Positions 36,471-47,859 of a stretch of 64,000 bases of DNA are shown here, one piece after another. A program made the position numbers and the translations under genes. Below the pieces are notes generated by a model. It had not been told where the DNA came from and did not search any database. It worked only from the letters and a program-made list of their open reading frames with translations. Numbering within the stretch: position 1 is the first letter of the stretch; the number at the start of each line of letters is the position of its first letter. The DNA comes from Akkermansiaceae bacterium UBA1518 (GTDB lineage Bacteria > Verrucomicrobiota > Verrucomicrobiia > Verrucomicrobiales > Akkermansiaceae), in the NCBI GenBank assembly GCA_002323895.1, contig DCQM01000148.1, positions 5,058-69,057 on the forward strand. Reading direction: 5' to 3'.

Positions 36471-37817
36471 TTAATGAACCAGCCTGAGAAACTTTCTCTC
36501 CGCCTTATTTGCAACCATCGCAAAGATTTGATCACCAGCCTCAAGTGTGTCATCGGCCCCAGGAACAATAGCCTGTAAGCCCTTGAGTAACCCAACCAAG
36601 ACACAACCATCGGGCCACTTAAGCTCCGCCACTGTTTTGCCATCTGCCTTTGACCCTCTTGCAACATGGGTTTGGAGAACAATGCCGTTCCCAAGTTTAC
36701 GAACAACATGGAATTTTTCGGTCGTGACGTAACGCGAAATCTCTTTCCGCGAAGCTTCTCGCGGGCTCACCGCCGCGACGACCCCAAAGTGTCTTCCAGA
36801 AGAACTAATGGCTTTCGCGTAATCAGCCCGATGGATCAAAGTTAAACAGTTCTTAGCGCCAAGATTATGAGCCTGCAAACAAGTCATTACATTATCCTCA
36901 TCACTGCTGCTAGTCGCTACGAAAAAATCAGCTTCCCCAACCTGTTCTTCCTCTAACTCTGCGACCGATGTCGCATCTGCATTGATCACGGTCGTGCTTG
37001 AAAGACGGTCTGTAAGCTCCTGAGAAAGTTCAGGGTTACCCTCAAAAATACGGACCCGGCAATTCCAACTTTCCAACATTTGCGCAAGTGAAAATCCATA
37101 TTCCCCGCCTCCAAAAATGACGACCCGAGGTCCATCTTTAAGGTGAATCTCTTTTTGCAATCGCCCAACAAGCTGGCGTAACTTGTGAGGTGCTCCGAAC
37201 ACCGTCACAATATCACCTCCTTTCAAAACGGTGTCGGCATTGGCAACTTCGTGGGAATTGTCCCGACTAATCAATGCAACTCTCGTATTTGCCGGGAACT
37301 TGAGCGACTTCAATGGCTCACCGACGACCTCACTCTCAGAGCTAACTCGAACTTGCTGTAACTCAATTCGTCCACGCGCAATTTCTTCGACCACCAGTGA
37401 ATCAGGGTTTCGAATAAACTTCGCTAACTCAATCGCAGCCAACCTCTCGGAACTAAAAATGTGATCAATTCCAAAGTGGCCCCTAAAGTCAAACAGCCAC
37501 TCCTCACGCTGCAAGCCCGGATGCACCCGACTGATCACCCGCTCTACCCCCATTGACTTCACCATCGAAGCGCACATTAAATTCACCGAGTTCTCACTTG
37601 TAAGCGCAAGAAATAATTCGCAATCACCAATATTAGCTTCGGCAAGTGTATTCACACTGGAACCATCTCCAACGACTACCTTACCTTCGATTTCGCCCTG
37701 AAGCTCGGAGGCCTGAACTGCATCACTCTCGATTACTGAAACAGTATGCTCTTGACGCGACAATTCTATAGCAAGGTGGCGGCCAATTTCCCCGGCTCCA
37801 ACGATAATAATATTCAT
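36471..37817 (-). CDS. trkA: Trk system potassium uptake protein TrkA
   Basis: 448 aa. Two tandem RCK/NAD-binding units: MNIIIVGAGEIGRHLA and VVIFGGGEYGFSLAQML. Confidence 0.9.
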   Translation of the reverse strand: MNIIIVGAGEIGRHLAIELSRQEHTVSVIESDAVQASELQGEIEGKVVVGDGSSVNTLAEANIGDCELFLALTSENSVNLMCASMVKSMGVERVISRVHPGLQREEWLFDFRGHFGIDHIFSSERLAAIELAKFIRNPDSLVVEEIARGRIELQQVRVSSESEVVGEPLKSLKFPANTRVALISRDNSHEVANADTVLKGGDIVTVFGAPHKLRQLVGRLQKEIHLKDGPRVVIFGGGEYGFSLAQMLESWNCRVRIFEGNPELSQELTDRLSSTTVINADATSVAELEEEQVGEADFFVATSSSDEDNVMTCLQAHNLGAKNCLTLIHRADYAKAISSSGRHFGVVAAVSPREASRKEISRYVTTEKFHVVRKLGNGIVLQTHVARGSKADGKTVAELKWPDGCVLVGLLKGLQAIVPGADDTLEAGDQIFAMVANKAERKFLRLVH

Positions 37818-37827
37818 GGATCAGTAA

Positions 37828-38784
37828 TTATGAACGGAAGTCTTTGTATGCTGAAATAATTCTTCCAACCACAGGGTGACGGACAACATCGCTCGTGTCG
37901 AAGTGATTAAATGCTACGCCATCTACGTCCTTGAGTGCATTTTCCGCCTCCAGTAAGCCTGAAATCCCGTGATCCTTCAAATCAATCTGAGAAGAATCAC
38001 CAGTAATGATACATCGAGAACCTTCCCCCAAGCGGGTAAGCGCCATAAACATTTGCTCCCGCGTTGTATTCTGTGCCTCATCAAGAATAACAAACGACCG
38101 CGACAAGGTCCGTCCACGCATATAAGCCAGCGGGGCAATCTCGATACTACCATCCTCCAAACGCTTTGCTCCTTCTTCAAAGCCAAGCATGTCATCAATC
38201 GCATCGTAAAGTGGCCGCAAATAAGGGGCAACCTTATCTCGCATATCCCCCGGCAAAAAACCAAGCGCTTCTCCTGCCTCCACTGCTGGACGAGTCAGAA
38301 TTAAACGACTGATTTCCTTTTTTCGAAGAAGATCAAGCGCCATTGCCACCGCCAAATACGTCTTTCCCGTTCCCGCAGGCCCAAGTCCAAAAACGACCTC
38401 ATTAGCCACCATCGCGTTTAAGTATGCCAACTGATTCGGACTACGAGCCACTACCGGCTTGCACCCGCGTGCGCCTACAAGTTGCAACCTTCCCAAGGCC
38501 GAAATCCCTTCAGCACCTTGCCTGACTAAATCGACCGCCGTTCGAAAATCCCTCGACGTTACTTCCCCACCATTTCTCCTCGCTTCCTCCAAGTCAGCGA
38601 AAATCTCTTTTACTAGATCACACCCTTCTTTCGGCCCTCGAACTTCCAGCCATCCATCCCGGGTCACCAAACGGACTTTTGCCTCCCCTTCAAGATACCT
38701 GAGCTCTTTTTCCTCGTGTCCAAAAAGCGACTGCAAAAAATGCGCACTTTCATATTCAAGTTTGATCTGGTGTTCCTCCGTCAC
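37828..38784 (-). CDS. phoH: PhoH family ATPase
   Basis: Walker A GPAGTGKTYLAVAMAL, Walker B FVILDEAQN, ITGDSSQIDL. GTG start. Confidence 0.9.
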   Translation of the reverse strand: MTEEHQIKLEYESAHFLQSLFGHEEKELRYLEGEAKVRLVTRDGWLEVRGPKEGCDLVKEIFADLEEARRNGGEVTSRDFRTAVDLVRQGAEGISALGRLQLVGARGCKPVVARSPNQLAYLNAMVANEVVFGLGPAGTGKTYLAVAMALDLLRKKEISRLILTRPAVEAGEALGFLPGDMRDKVAPYLRPLYDAIDDMLGFEEGAKRLEDGSIEIAPLAYMRGRTLSRSFVILDEAQNTTREQMFMALTRLGEGSRCIITGDSSQIDLKDHGISGLLEAENALKDVDGVAFNHFDTSDVVRHPVVGRIISAYKDFRS

Positions 38785-38878
38785 GAGACAGGAACTAACT
38801 CAGACTCAGCCACCCCGCAATGTTCAAAAGCCCGTCTTCTTGACAAGTTGGCTACTCACCTCCAAGGTTCCTCGCATC

Positions 38879-41140
<2,262 letters not shown>

Positions 41141-41220
41141 CAGCCTGCACTGGCCGGCCCCATCAACGGCATCGATTCTCAAAGCTCCCCCGCATGGGGA
41201 TCAGATAGAGCACTCGTAAA

Positions 41221-41240
41221 CTGGTCCGATCAGCTTTTTT
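41221..41240 (+). terminator. possible weak intrinsic terminator after thiC
   Basis: CTGGT CCG ATCAG (5-bp stem including one G-U, 3-nt loop) followed by CTTTTTT. Short stem, so low confidence. Confidence 0.35.
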
Positions 41241-41252
41241 GTCTCAAAATCT

Positions 41253-42893
41253 TTACTTTAAAAGCGACTTTGCCATTTCTCGAGCCTGCTTTCCTCCCCC
41301 GCCCAGCATCCGCACCAGTTCGTCGACACGCGATCCACTCGTCACTTCGGTTAATGAGGAAAATGATCGACCACCTTCCACTCGTTTCTCAACCAGAAAA
41401 TGTTGGTGTGCAACCGCCGCGACCTGCGGAAAGTGTGTAATCGCAACGACCTGATGGCGTTCTCCAAGGCTCGCCATCTTCTCGCCCACGGCTCGAGCAA
41501 TTTCGCCACCCACGTTCGCATCAATCTCATCAAAAACCATCAGTGGGGTCGCATCCTGATCTGCAAGCGCGTTTTTAACAGCCAGCATAACCCGCGAAAT
41601 TTCGCCACTTGATGCGACCTGCCTTAGCGGCTTTAGCGGTTCCCCAGGATTGGGTCCAAAAAGGTATTCGACATCCTCTAATCCAAACGCTCCCGGTTCA
41701 TCACGAACGTTCAACTGCACTTCAAACTCCGCTTGTTTAAAGCCCAAATCCACTAAATGTCCGCGCACTTCTTCCGCTAAAGATGGCGCGTGCTTCTTCC
41801 GCTTTGAACTAATTTTTCGCGCAGCTGCACGCAATTTTTTTAAAGCTAGGTCAACATCTTGTTTCAATCGCGCCAGAAATTCCTCACGGTTATCAGAACC
41901 CTCTAATTTCAGTCGAGCATCCTCAGCATGATCCAATGCATCCTGCAGAGTTGGACCATATTTCCGCTTGAGAGATTCGACCAAATTAAAACGATCCTCA
42001 ACCTCCTGCACTTCTGACGGATCAATCTCAAGATCATCGAGATAATCGACAACGCTCCGCTCAAGTTCCTGCATTTGCGCTACCGAGCACTCTACCTCCT
42101 CCGCTAAATCAACGATCGCCGGATCAATCTGGCACAATCCAGAAGTCACACGTTGAAGATCTTCTAACCCTGGACCAACCGTATTACTGATCAAATTTAC
42201 AGCCTTGCCTGCCAGTTCGCCCAAACGATTTGCATTGCTGCTCCTCCGATAACGTTCCTCTAAATCCTTCTCTTCCCCTGTTTTAATTCCTGCCGAGTCA
42301 ATTTCCTCGACTTGAAACCTCAGCAACTCTTTTTCCTGATCACTAATTTCGCGCTGAGCACGCGCAGTTTCATATTCTTCACTTGCCTCGCGCCAAGCAG
42401 CCCAGCGTTCACGATAACTCTTCACTTCTTCGCCGGCCGACCCATAAGCGTCCAGCAAGGCCAACTGCCTCTCCGTTGAAAGCAAAGACTGATGATCATG
42501 GGGGCCATGAAGATCGACCAAATGCTGCCCGATTCTTTTTAAGACACCTAAGGTCGCCGCACCATTATTTACAAATTGCTTATTCGACGAAACTCCAATC
42601 ACACGACGGATAATCAACTCATCTTCCTCACAGCAATCTAAACCAACTTCTTCCAAAATTGCATCAATCACCGAAGATTGAGGAAGCTTAAAAATTGCCT
42701 CGACCATGCATTGGTCTTCGCCGGTGCGAATAAGCCCCTTGTCGGCTCGCTCACCCAAAATCAACTTAAGAGCACCCACAATTACGGATTTCCCCGCACC
42801 GGTTTCGCCCGTCACACCTACCAAGCCTCCACCAAGATCCCATTCCAGACGTTCGACTAGGGCCAAGTTGCGGATCTTTAGAAGGTTAAGCAT
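41253..42893 (-). CDS. recN: DNA repair protein RecN
   Basis: MLNLLKIRNLALVERLEWDLGGGLVGVTGETGAGKSVIVGAL (Walker A), long coiled-coil middle, ASSGEISRVMLAVK signature, Walker B LMVFDEIDANVGG. The start is taken at ATG 42893. Confidence 0.9.
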   Translation of the reverse strand: MLNLLKIRNLALVERLEWDLGGGLVGVTGETGAGKSVIVGALKLILGERADKGLIRTGEDQCMVEAIFKLPQSSVIDAILEEVGLDCCEEDELIIRRVIGVSSNKQFVNNGAATLGVLKRIGQHLVDLHGPHDHQSLLSTERQLALLDAYGSAGEEVKSYRERWAAWREASEEYETARAQREISDQEKELLRFQVEEIDSAGIKTGEEKDLEERYRRSSNANRLGELAGKAVNLISNTVGPGLEDLQRVTSGLCQIDPAIVDLAEEVECSVAQMQELERSVVDYLDDLEIDPSEVQEVEDRFNLVESLKRKYGPTLQDALDHAEDARLKLEGSDNREEFLARLKQDVDLALKKLRAAARKISSKRKKHAPSLAEEVRGHLVDLGFKQAEFEVQLNVRDEPGAFGLEDVEYLFGPNPGEPLKPLRQVASSGEISRVMLAVKNALADQDATPLMVFDEIDANVGGEIARAVGEKMASLGERHQVVAITHFPQVAAVAHQHFLVEKRVEGGRSFSSLTEVTSGSRVDELVRMLGGGGKQAREMAKSLLK

Positions 42894-42944
42894 TCGTTTT
42901 GCGGTGACTTGGGGATTATGCAATTCTCTTCCCACAACGCAACG

Positions 42945-43739
42945 ATGACTCGCAACAGATCTCAACCTCGGTTCCTATTTCTTGGCACCTCCACCTCAGT
43001 GGGAGTCCCTGTGATTGGTTGCTCCTGCAAGGTTTGCCTCTCCGATCACCCTCACGACAATCGCTCCCGCAGTTCAATTTTTTTTGAAGGTCCTTGGGGT
43101 CGTCTCCTTATCGATAGCGGCCCCGATCTACGACAACAAGCCTTGCGTGAGCAGCTTACCACGGTCGATGCTGTCCTTTACACTCACGAGCACCTCGACC
43201 ATGTGGCTGGTTTTGATGAGTTACGAGCTTTCTGCTGGAAGCGCGATTCTCCTCTCCCTCTTTATGGTTCAGCTGAAACCCTCGCTGCGCTTGCCCGCAT
43301 GTATCCCTGGGCTTTCTCTGGTAACAGTCACCAAGCGGGATATGTTCACCCCGAACCACGCGAAATGGAGGGGCCCTTTGATTTCAATGGCCTCAAAATC
43401 ACCCCCATTGAGGTGCAGCATGGCTGGGTTCGCACTCATGGGTTTCGCTTCGACCACCCTACGATTGGGTCCCTTGCCTACCTTCCCGACGTGAAAGTGA
43501 TTCCAGAACAATCCTTGGAGCTCCTGCGGGGTCTTGATTATTTCGTGATCGACGCGCTCCGACATGAAGAACATCACACTCACATGAATGTCAGCGAAGC
43601 ACTCAGCACAATAGATTTGGTCAGACCTACCCAATCCTACCTAACTCATCTTTCCCATGAACTCTCCTGGGAGGAAACGAATCGCTCTTTGCCACCACAA
43701 GTTTCTCTGGCTTACGATGGATTGACCCTTACCTTTTAG
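42945..43739 (+). CDS. MBL-fold metallo-hydrolase, PhnP-like
   Basis: FLFLGTSTSVGVPVIGCSCKVCLS (Cys-rich Zn site of the PhnP-like subgroup), NRSRSSIFFE, HxHxDH as THEHLDH. Alternative ATG at 42918. Confidence 0.75.
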   Translation: MTRNRSQPRFLFLGTSTSVGVPVIGCSCKVCLSDHPHDNRSRSSIFFEGPWGRLLIDSGPDLRQQALREQLTTVDAVLYTHEHLDHVAGFDELRAFCWKRDSPLPLYGSAETLAALARMYPWAFSGNSHQAGYVHPEPREMEGPFDFNGLKITPIEVQHGWVRTHGFRFDHPTIGSLAYLPDVKVIPEQSLELLRGLDYFVIDALRHEEHHTHMNVSEALSTIDLVRPTQSYLTHLSHELSWEETNRSLPPQVSLAYDGLTLTF

Positions 43740-43743
43740 AATC

Positions 43744-45297
43744 ATGACGCTTCGCCTTCTTGTATTTCTCACTCTTTGCTTGCCGATATTTTCCAAACCA
43801 ACACCTCTCGTTCCTAATCAAGTCGTCGTTGTTTATAATTCCACTCTTCCCGAGTCAAAAGAACTGGCCGAATTTTACGCACTCAACCGCCTCATTCCTT
43901 CGTCGAATCTCATCGGACTCGAAGTTCCGCTAAAAACTACCATTGACCGCTCGACCTACGAAACGGCGATCCGACAACCGCTGGTGAAAAAATTCACGGA
44001 AAATGAATGGTGGGAACTAGGAAAAGACCAAAATGGAATCTCCGTTCCACTCAAGACGACGATTCGCTGTATCGTCTTAATAAAGGGAATACCACTTAGG
44101 ATTAGCCGCGGGGCAGTCCCTAAAGCCGAAGAATCGACAACCCGTCAATTCAAGGAACAAAATGAAGCCTCCGTTGATTCCGAGCTTAGCCTGATGGGGG
44201 TCGTAAATCACCCCATCGGAGGAGCAATACCAAATCCCTGTTACAACAAAGAAATCTCTGCGGCGACTAACCCGGCGCAATTCATGGTCATGGTGGGTCG
44301 AATCGATGCCAACACCTATGACCATTGTAACCGCATGATTTTAGACGCCCTTGATATCGAAAAAGACGGTCTTTGGGGAATGACTTATTTGGACCTGTGG
44401 ACCCGGGGAGGGAGCTATAAGTTGGGTGATGATTGGATCGAAAACATCACCAAGGCCTCTATCAAATCAGCGACGCCCACCATAGTTGACCGCATGAAAA
44501 ACACCTTCGTCACCAACTACCCCATGCGTGATGCCGCGGTCTATTTTGGATGGTATACCCAACATCGCAACGGCCCTTTTCTCAACGATCAAATGAAATT
44601 TAAAAAGGGTGCCATCGCTGCCCATCTCCACTCTTTTAGTGGAGCCCAACTTTTGAATCCGGCAAAAAACTGGAGCGTCGGGCTGATTGATCGGGGAGCT
44701 GCTGCAACCCTTGGAAATGTATGGGAGCCTTACCTTGGTTTCACTCATCGTTTCGATATCTTTTATGATAGACTTCTTAAAAACTATAGCCTTGTAGAAG
44801 CTGCCTATATGTCGATCAACGTCCTCTCGTGGCAAAATATCGTGATTGGAGACCCTCTCTATAGGCCTTTCAAGACCACCACCGTTCGCACCGACGCCAT
44901 GGTAAAAGATCGTGACTACAAACTCATTCGCTACGCGCAAACTAGATTCCCTGATCCTAAAATCCGCCTCACCGAATTGCTCAAAGCTGCCGAAAGAACA
45001 AAAAGTGGCACCGTCTATGAGATGGTTGCATTTCACACGCTGGAAGGAGGAAAAACTGAAGAGGCTGCAAAGGGCTTCAAGCGAGCCAAAGAGCTCTTCA
45101 CCGACTCGGCTGACAAACTTCGCCAAGATCTTCATCTTGTAGAATTAGAACGCCGTCGTGATAAAATTCCAGACGCCATCAAAATCCTAAAGCAAGCCAA
45201 GAAAGCATACAAAGATATCCCCGAGGTGAAAGCGGTTGAAGGGTTGTTAACAATTCTTGATCCTCCCGCACCACCGGCCACCAAGCCAAAGAAGTAA
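43744..45297 (+). CDS. hypothetical exported protein (resembles TIGR03790 family from memory; unverified) with helical C-terminal extension
   Basis: 517 aa with a signal peptide. VVVVYNSTLPESKELAEFYALNRLIP, ASVDSELSLM, AAVYFGWYTQ, GAIAAHLHSFSG, ATLGNVWEPYLG, WQNIVIGDPLYRPF. The last ~130 aa are helical/TPR-like and end in PPAPPATKPKK. Confidence 0.65.
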   Translation: MTLRLLVFLTLCLPIFSKPTPLVPNQVVVVYNSTLPESKELAEFYALNRLIPSSNLIGLEVPLKTTIDRSTYETAIRQPLVKKFTENEWWELGKDQNGISVPLKTTIRCIVLIKGIPLRISRGAVPKAEESTTRQFKEQNEASVDSELSLMGVVNHPIGGAIPNPCYNKEISAATNPAQFMVMVGRIDANTYDHCNRMILDALDIEKDGLWGMTYLDLWTRGGSYKLGDDWIENITKASIKSATPTIVDRMKNTFVTNYPMRDAAVYFGWYTQHRNGPFLNDQMKFKKGAIAAHLHSFSGAQLLNPAKNWSVGLIDRGAAATLGNVWEPYLGFTHRFDIFYDRLLKNYSLVEAAYMSINVLSWQNIVIGDPLYRPFKTTTVRTDAMVKDRDYKLIRYAQTRFPDPKIRLTELLKAAERTKSGTVYEMVAFHTLEGGKTEEAAKGFKRAKELFTDSADKLRQDLHLVELERRRDKIPDAIKILKQAKKAYKDIPEVKAVEGLLTILDPPAPPATKPKK

Positions 45298-45299
45298 GT

Positions 45300-46673
45300 A
45301 TGACCTACCCAAGTCTACTTAAAGTTACGGCGAATAAAACCAACATACTTGCCGAGAACCAAGCCATCCCACGCTTTGATGAACTCGAAGTCCAGTCGCG
45401 TTGGTTTTCGGGGAATTTCTCGCGAGATCATCTTTCCAATCACGGCCAAAAAATCTCTATTATTTCGCCCGGCGAGTGGAATCACGGCGCTGGGCCCGAT
45501 TTTATAAACGCAACCATCGAAGTCGATGGAGAACGCCACCACGGACCCATTGAACTCGATCTCGATTCGAGAAACTGGGAGCGACACGGGCACAATCGGT
45601 CAACAACCTTTAACGATATCATCCTCCACATCGTTATCAATGACTCAAGCCCTAGCTTCTTTACTCGTACTTCAAATCATCGTGATATTCCCCGCATTAC
45701 TCTTTCACCGGCCGAAGTCAGCACCGCTCTCAGCCGCCCCCGACTGACCCAAGTCCTCGCCCGACCTGGTCATTGTCTTCGCCCCCTTGCTCACATGGCA
45801 CTTCCCGACATCACGTCACTCCTCCGTGAATCCGCCAAGTATCGAGCCCAACTGAAGGCGAGGCGCTTTAAGGGAACCGTCGAACTCCATGGTTTTTCAC
45901 AAGCGCTCTGGGAGGCACTAGCCGACGCCCTTGGCTTCTCCGCCAATCGATATCCGATGCGCCTCCTCGCACAACGACTTCCCATTAAAAAACTCCTAAA
46001 GCACACTCCCGAAGACCTTGAAGCAATAATCTTCGGCACTGCCGGATTCCTCTCACCCAATCTACACAAAACCGCACCCGACGACTCCCGTGAATGGCTC
46101 GAGGGTCTGTGGACACGTTGGTGGAAGCATCGCCCCAATTACGAATTTTCGATAGCTCGTAATCCCGCCTGGTCGACCCAAGCAATCCGTCCCGGCAACC
46201 ATCCCCAGCGAAGACTTGCCGCCCTCGCCGCCGCCGCACGACAATGGCCCTGGCTTTCAAAGTCCGCCCGCCAAACCCCACCCTTCAAAAACTTTTCCAA
46301 ATCCCTCTCTGCCTTAAGCGAACCATTTTGGGACCACCATCATACCCTGCTTTCAGCACGCACCAAAAAACCCATCAAACTGATTGGAAAATCACGCCTT
46401 GAGGAATTCCTTATAAACACCCTCTACCCCCTTCACCCCGAAAATTGGGCCGAGTTCCAACGAATACCTGCCAGCGCTCCGAATCAAAAAGTAAAGCGCT
46501 CTTGCGAAAGGCTCTTCGGGTCACTCGTAAACGCAAAGCCACATTTAAAATTCGCCTGGCAACAACAAGCACTCCTTCAAGTGTATCAAGATTTTTGCCT
46601 AGAGGATCTCAGTAATTGCAACAACTGTTCATTCCCGGAACAACTCGCACAATGGAAATCGAACGATGACTGA
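45300..46673 (+). CDS. DUF2851 family protein
   Basis: 457 aa. SPGEWNHGAGPDFINATIEVDG...GPIELDLDSRNWERHGHNRSTTFNDIILHIV matches my recollection of the DUF2851 core (G-x-W-N...GPDF...E-x-H/D...W..HGH...ILHVV). No signal peptide. Confidence 0.7.
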   Translation: MTYPSLLKVTANKTNILAENQAIPRFDELEVQSRWFSGNFSRDHLSNHGQKISIISPGEWNHGAGPDFINATIEVDGERHHGPIELDLDSRNWERHGHNRSTTFNDIILHIVINDSSPSFFTRTSNHRDIPRITLSPAEVSTALSRPRLTQVLARPGHCLRPLAHMALPDITSLLRESAKYRAQLKARRFKGTVELHGFSQALWEALADALGFSANRYPMRLLAQRLPIKKLLKHTPEDLEAIIFGTAGFLSPNLHKTAPDDSREWLEGLWTRWWKHRPNYEFSIARNPAWSTQAIRPGNHPQRRLAALAAAARQWPWLSKSARQTPPFKNFSKSLSALSEPFWDHHHTLLSARTKKPIKLIGKSRLEEFLINTLYPLHPENWAEFQRIPASAPNQKVKRSCERLFGSLVNAKPHLKFAWQQQALLQVYQDFCLEDLSNCNNCSFPEQLAQWKSNDD

Positions 46674-47769
46674 AACAGAAGCACTTATAGCCCTCAATCA
46701 ACTTCCCGTAACTGGGCCGGTCAAAATCCGCCGCCTCCTCGAAACTTTTGGAAATGCCGTAAACACCTTAAAGGAAAGCAACTCTTCCTTGCAAAGAATT
46801 CAAGGAATCGGTCCAGAAGCCGCTAAACTCATCACCCAATGGCGAGATTACGCTGACCCTGCTGCAGAACTGCAACTCGCCAAAGAACGGAATATTAAAA
46901 TACTGACCCAAGAAGATGAAGACTACCCTCTGGCACTCCGCGACGCCTACGATGCTCCAATCGTTATTTATGTCTGGGGAGACCTTCAGGAAAATGACCT
47001 CCACTCCGTCGGTGTCGTCGGCTCCCGAAAGCTCACACACTATGGTCGCGAAGCAGCCCGAAAGTTTGCCTTCCAACTCGCTGGTGCCGGGCTCACAGTG
47101 ATCTCGGGGTTGGCACGTGGGATTGACACTGCTGCACACGAAGGCGCCGTCGCCGCGAATGGTCGCACGATCGGAGTTCTTGGATCTGGTCTAATGCAAA
47201 TTTATCCACCGGAGAATCTTGCTCTTGCCGAAAAAATCGCCGATGGCCATGGTGCTATAATTTCCGAATTCCCTCTTCAAACCTCTCCGGACCGCAAAAC
47301 TTTTCCTCAACGAAATCGTATCGTCGCTCACTGGTCGCGTGCGCTCCTAGTCGTCGAATGCCCTAGCCGCTCCGGTTCGCTCATCACCGCAAATTTTGCG
47401 CTCGAAGCCGGCCGCCAAATTTACGCTGTCCCCGGCCCCATCGATCGCCCAACATCAAGTGGTTGTCATGATTTAATCCGAGAAGGAGCCATCCTCGTTA
47501 CCGACGGATCGCAGATCCTCGAGGATTTCTCCCATCTCAACTTTTCCACTACAAAAAGCGACGAACCTAGACCAATCGAAAACTTTGTAGACCTCAGCCC
47601 CGAGGAAAACGCTGTTTTGAAAGCACTTAGCGGAAGTGACCAATCGGTCGATGAGATCGTCGAAAAAACGCAGCTCCCTGCCCATCAAATCTCGGTCATT
47701 TTGATGAAAATGGAGCTTCGCAAGCTCGTAGCACCCCTCCCTGGCCAACGTTTCACTCGCAAAAACTAG
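46666..47769 (+). CDS. dprA: DNA-processing protein DprA
   Basis: N-terminal SAM/HhH-like part, Rossmann core VGVVGSRKLTHYGREAARKFAFQLAGAGLTVISGLARGIDTAAHEGA, PQRNRIV, and a C-terminal winged-helix (DprA_WH-like). 8-nt overlap with the upstream gene. Confidence 0.9.
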   Translation: MTETEALIALNQLPVTGPVKIRRLLETFGNAVNTLKESNSSLQRIQGIGPEAAKLITQWRDYADPAAELQLAKERNIKILTQEDEDYPLALRDAYDAPIVIYVWGDLQENDLHSVGVVGSRKLTHYGREAARKFAFQLAGAGLTVISGLARGIDTAAHEGAVAANGRTIGVLGSGLMQIYPPENLALAEKIADGHGAIISEFPLQTSPDRKTFPQRNRIVAHWSRALLVVECPSRSGSLITANFALEAGRQIYAVPGPIDRPTSSGCHDLIREGAILVTDGSQILEDFSHLNFSTTKSDEPRPIENFVDLSPEENAVLKALSGSDQSVDEIVEKTQLPAHQISVILMKMELRKLVAPLPGQRFTRKN

Positions 47770-47859
47770 CGAGATATTCTTCACAATCTTCCTTTGGAAA
47801 GATCCTTCTTCAAAAGAAATTCCTTTCCATCCCCCCCCTCCAAGCTCTAAGTCCGGCTC

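Noticed and set aside
44467-45135. 222-aa ORF antisense to the TIGR03790-like gene
   Set aside because: Shadow ORF within a conserved-looking sense gene. No recognisable features.
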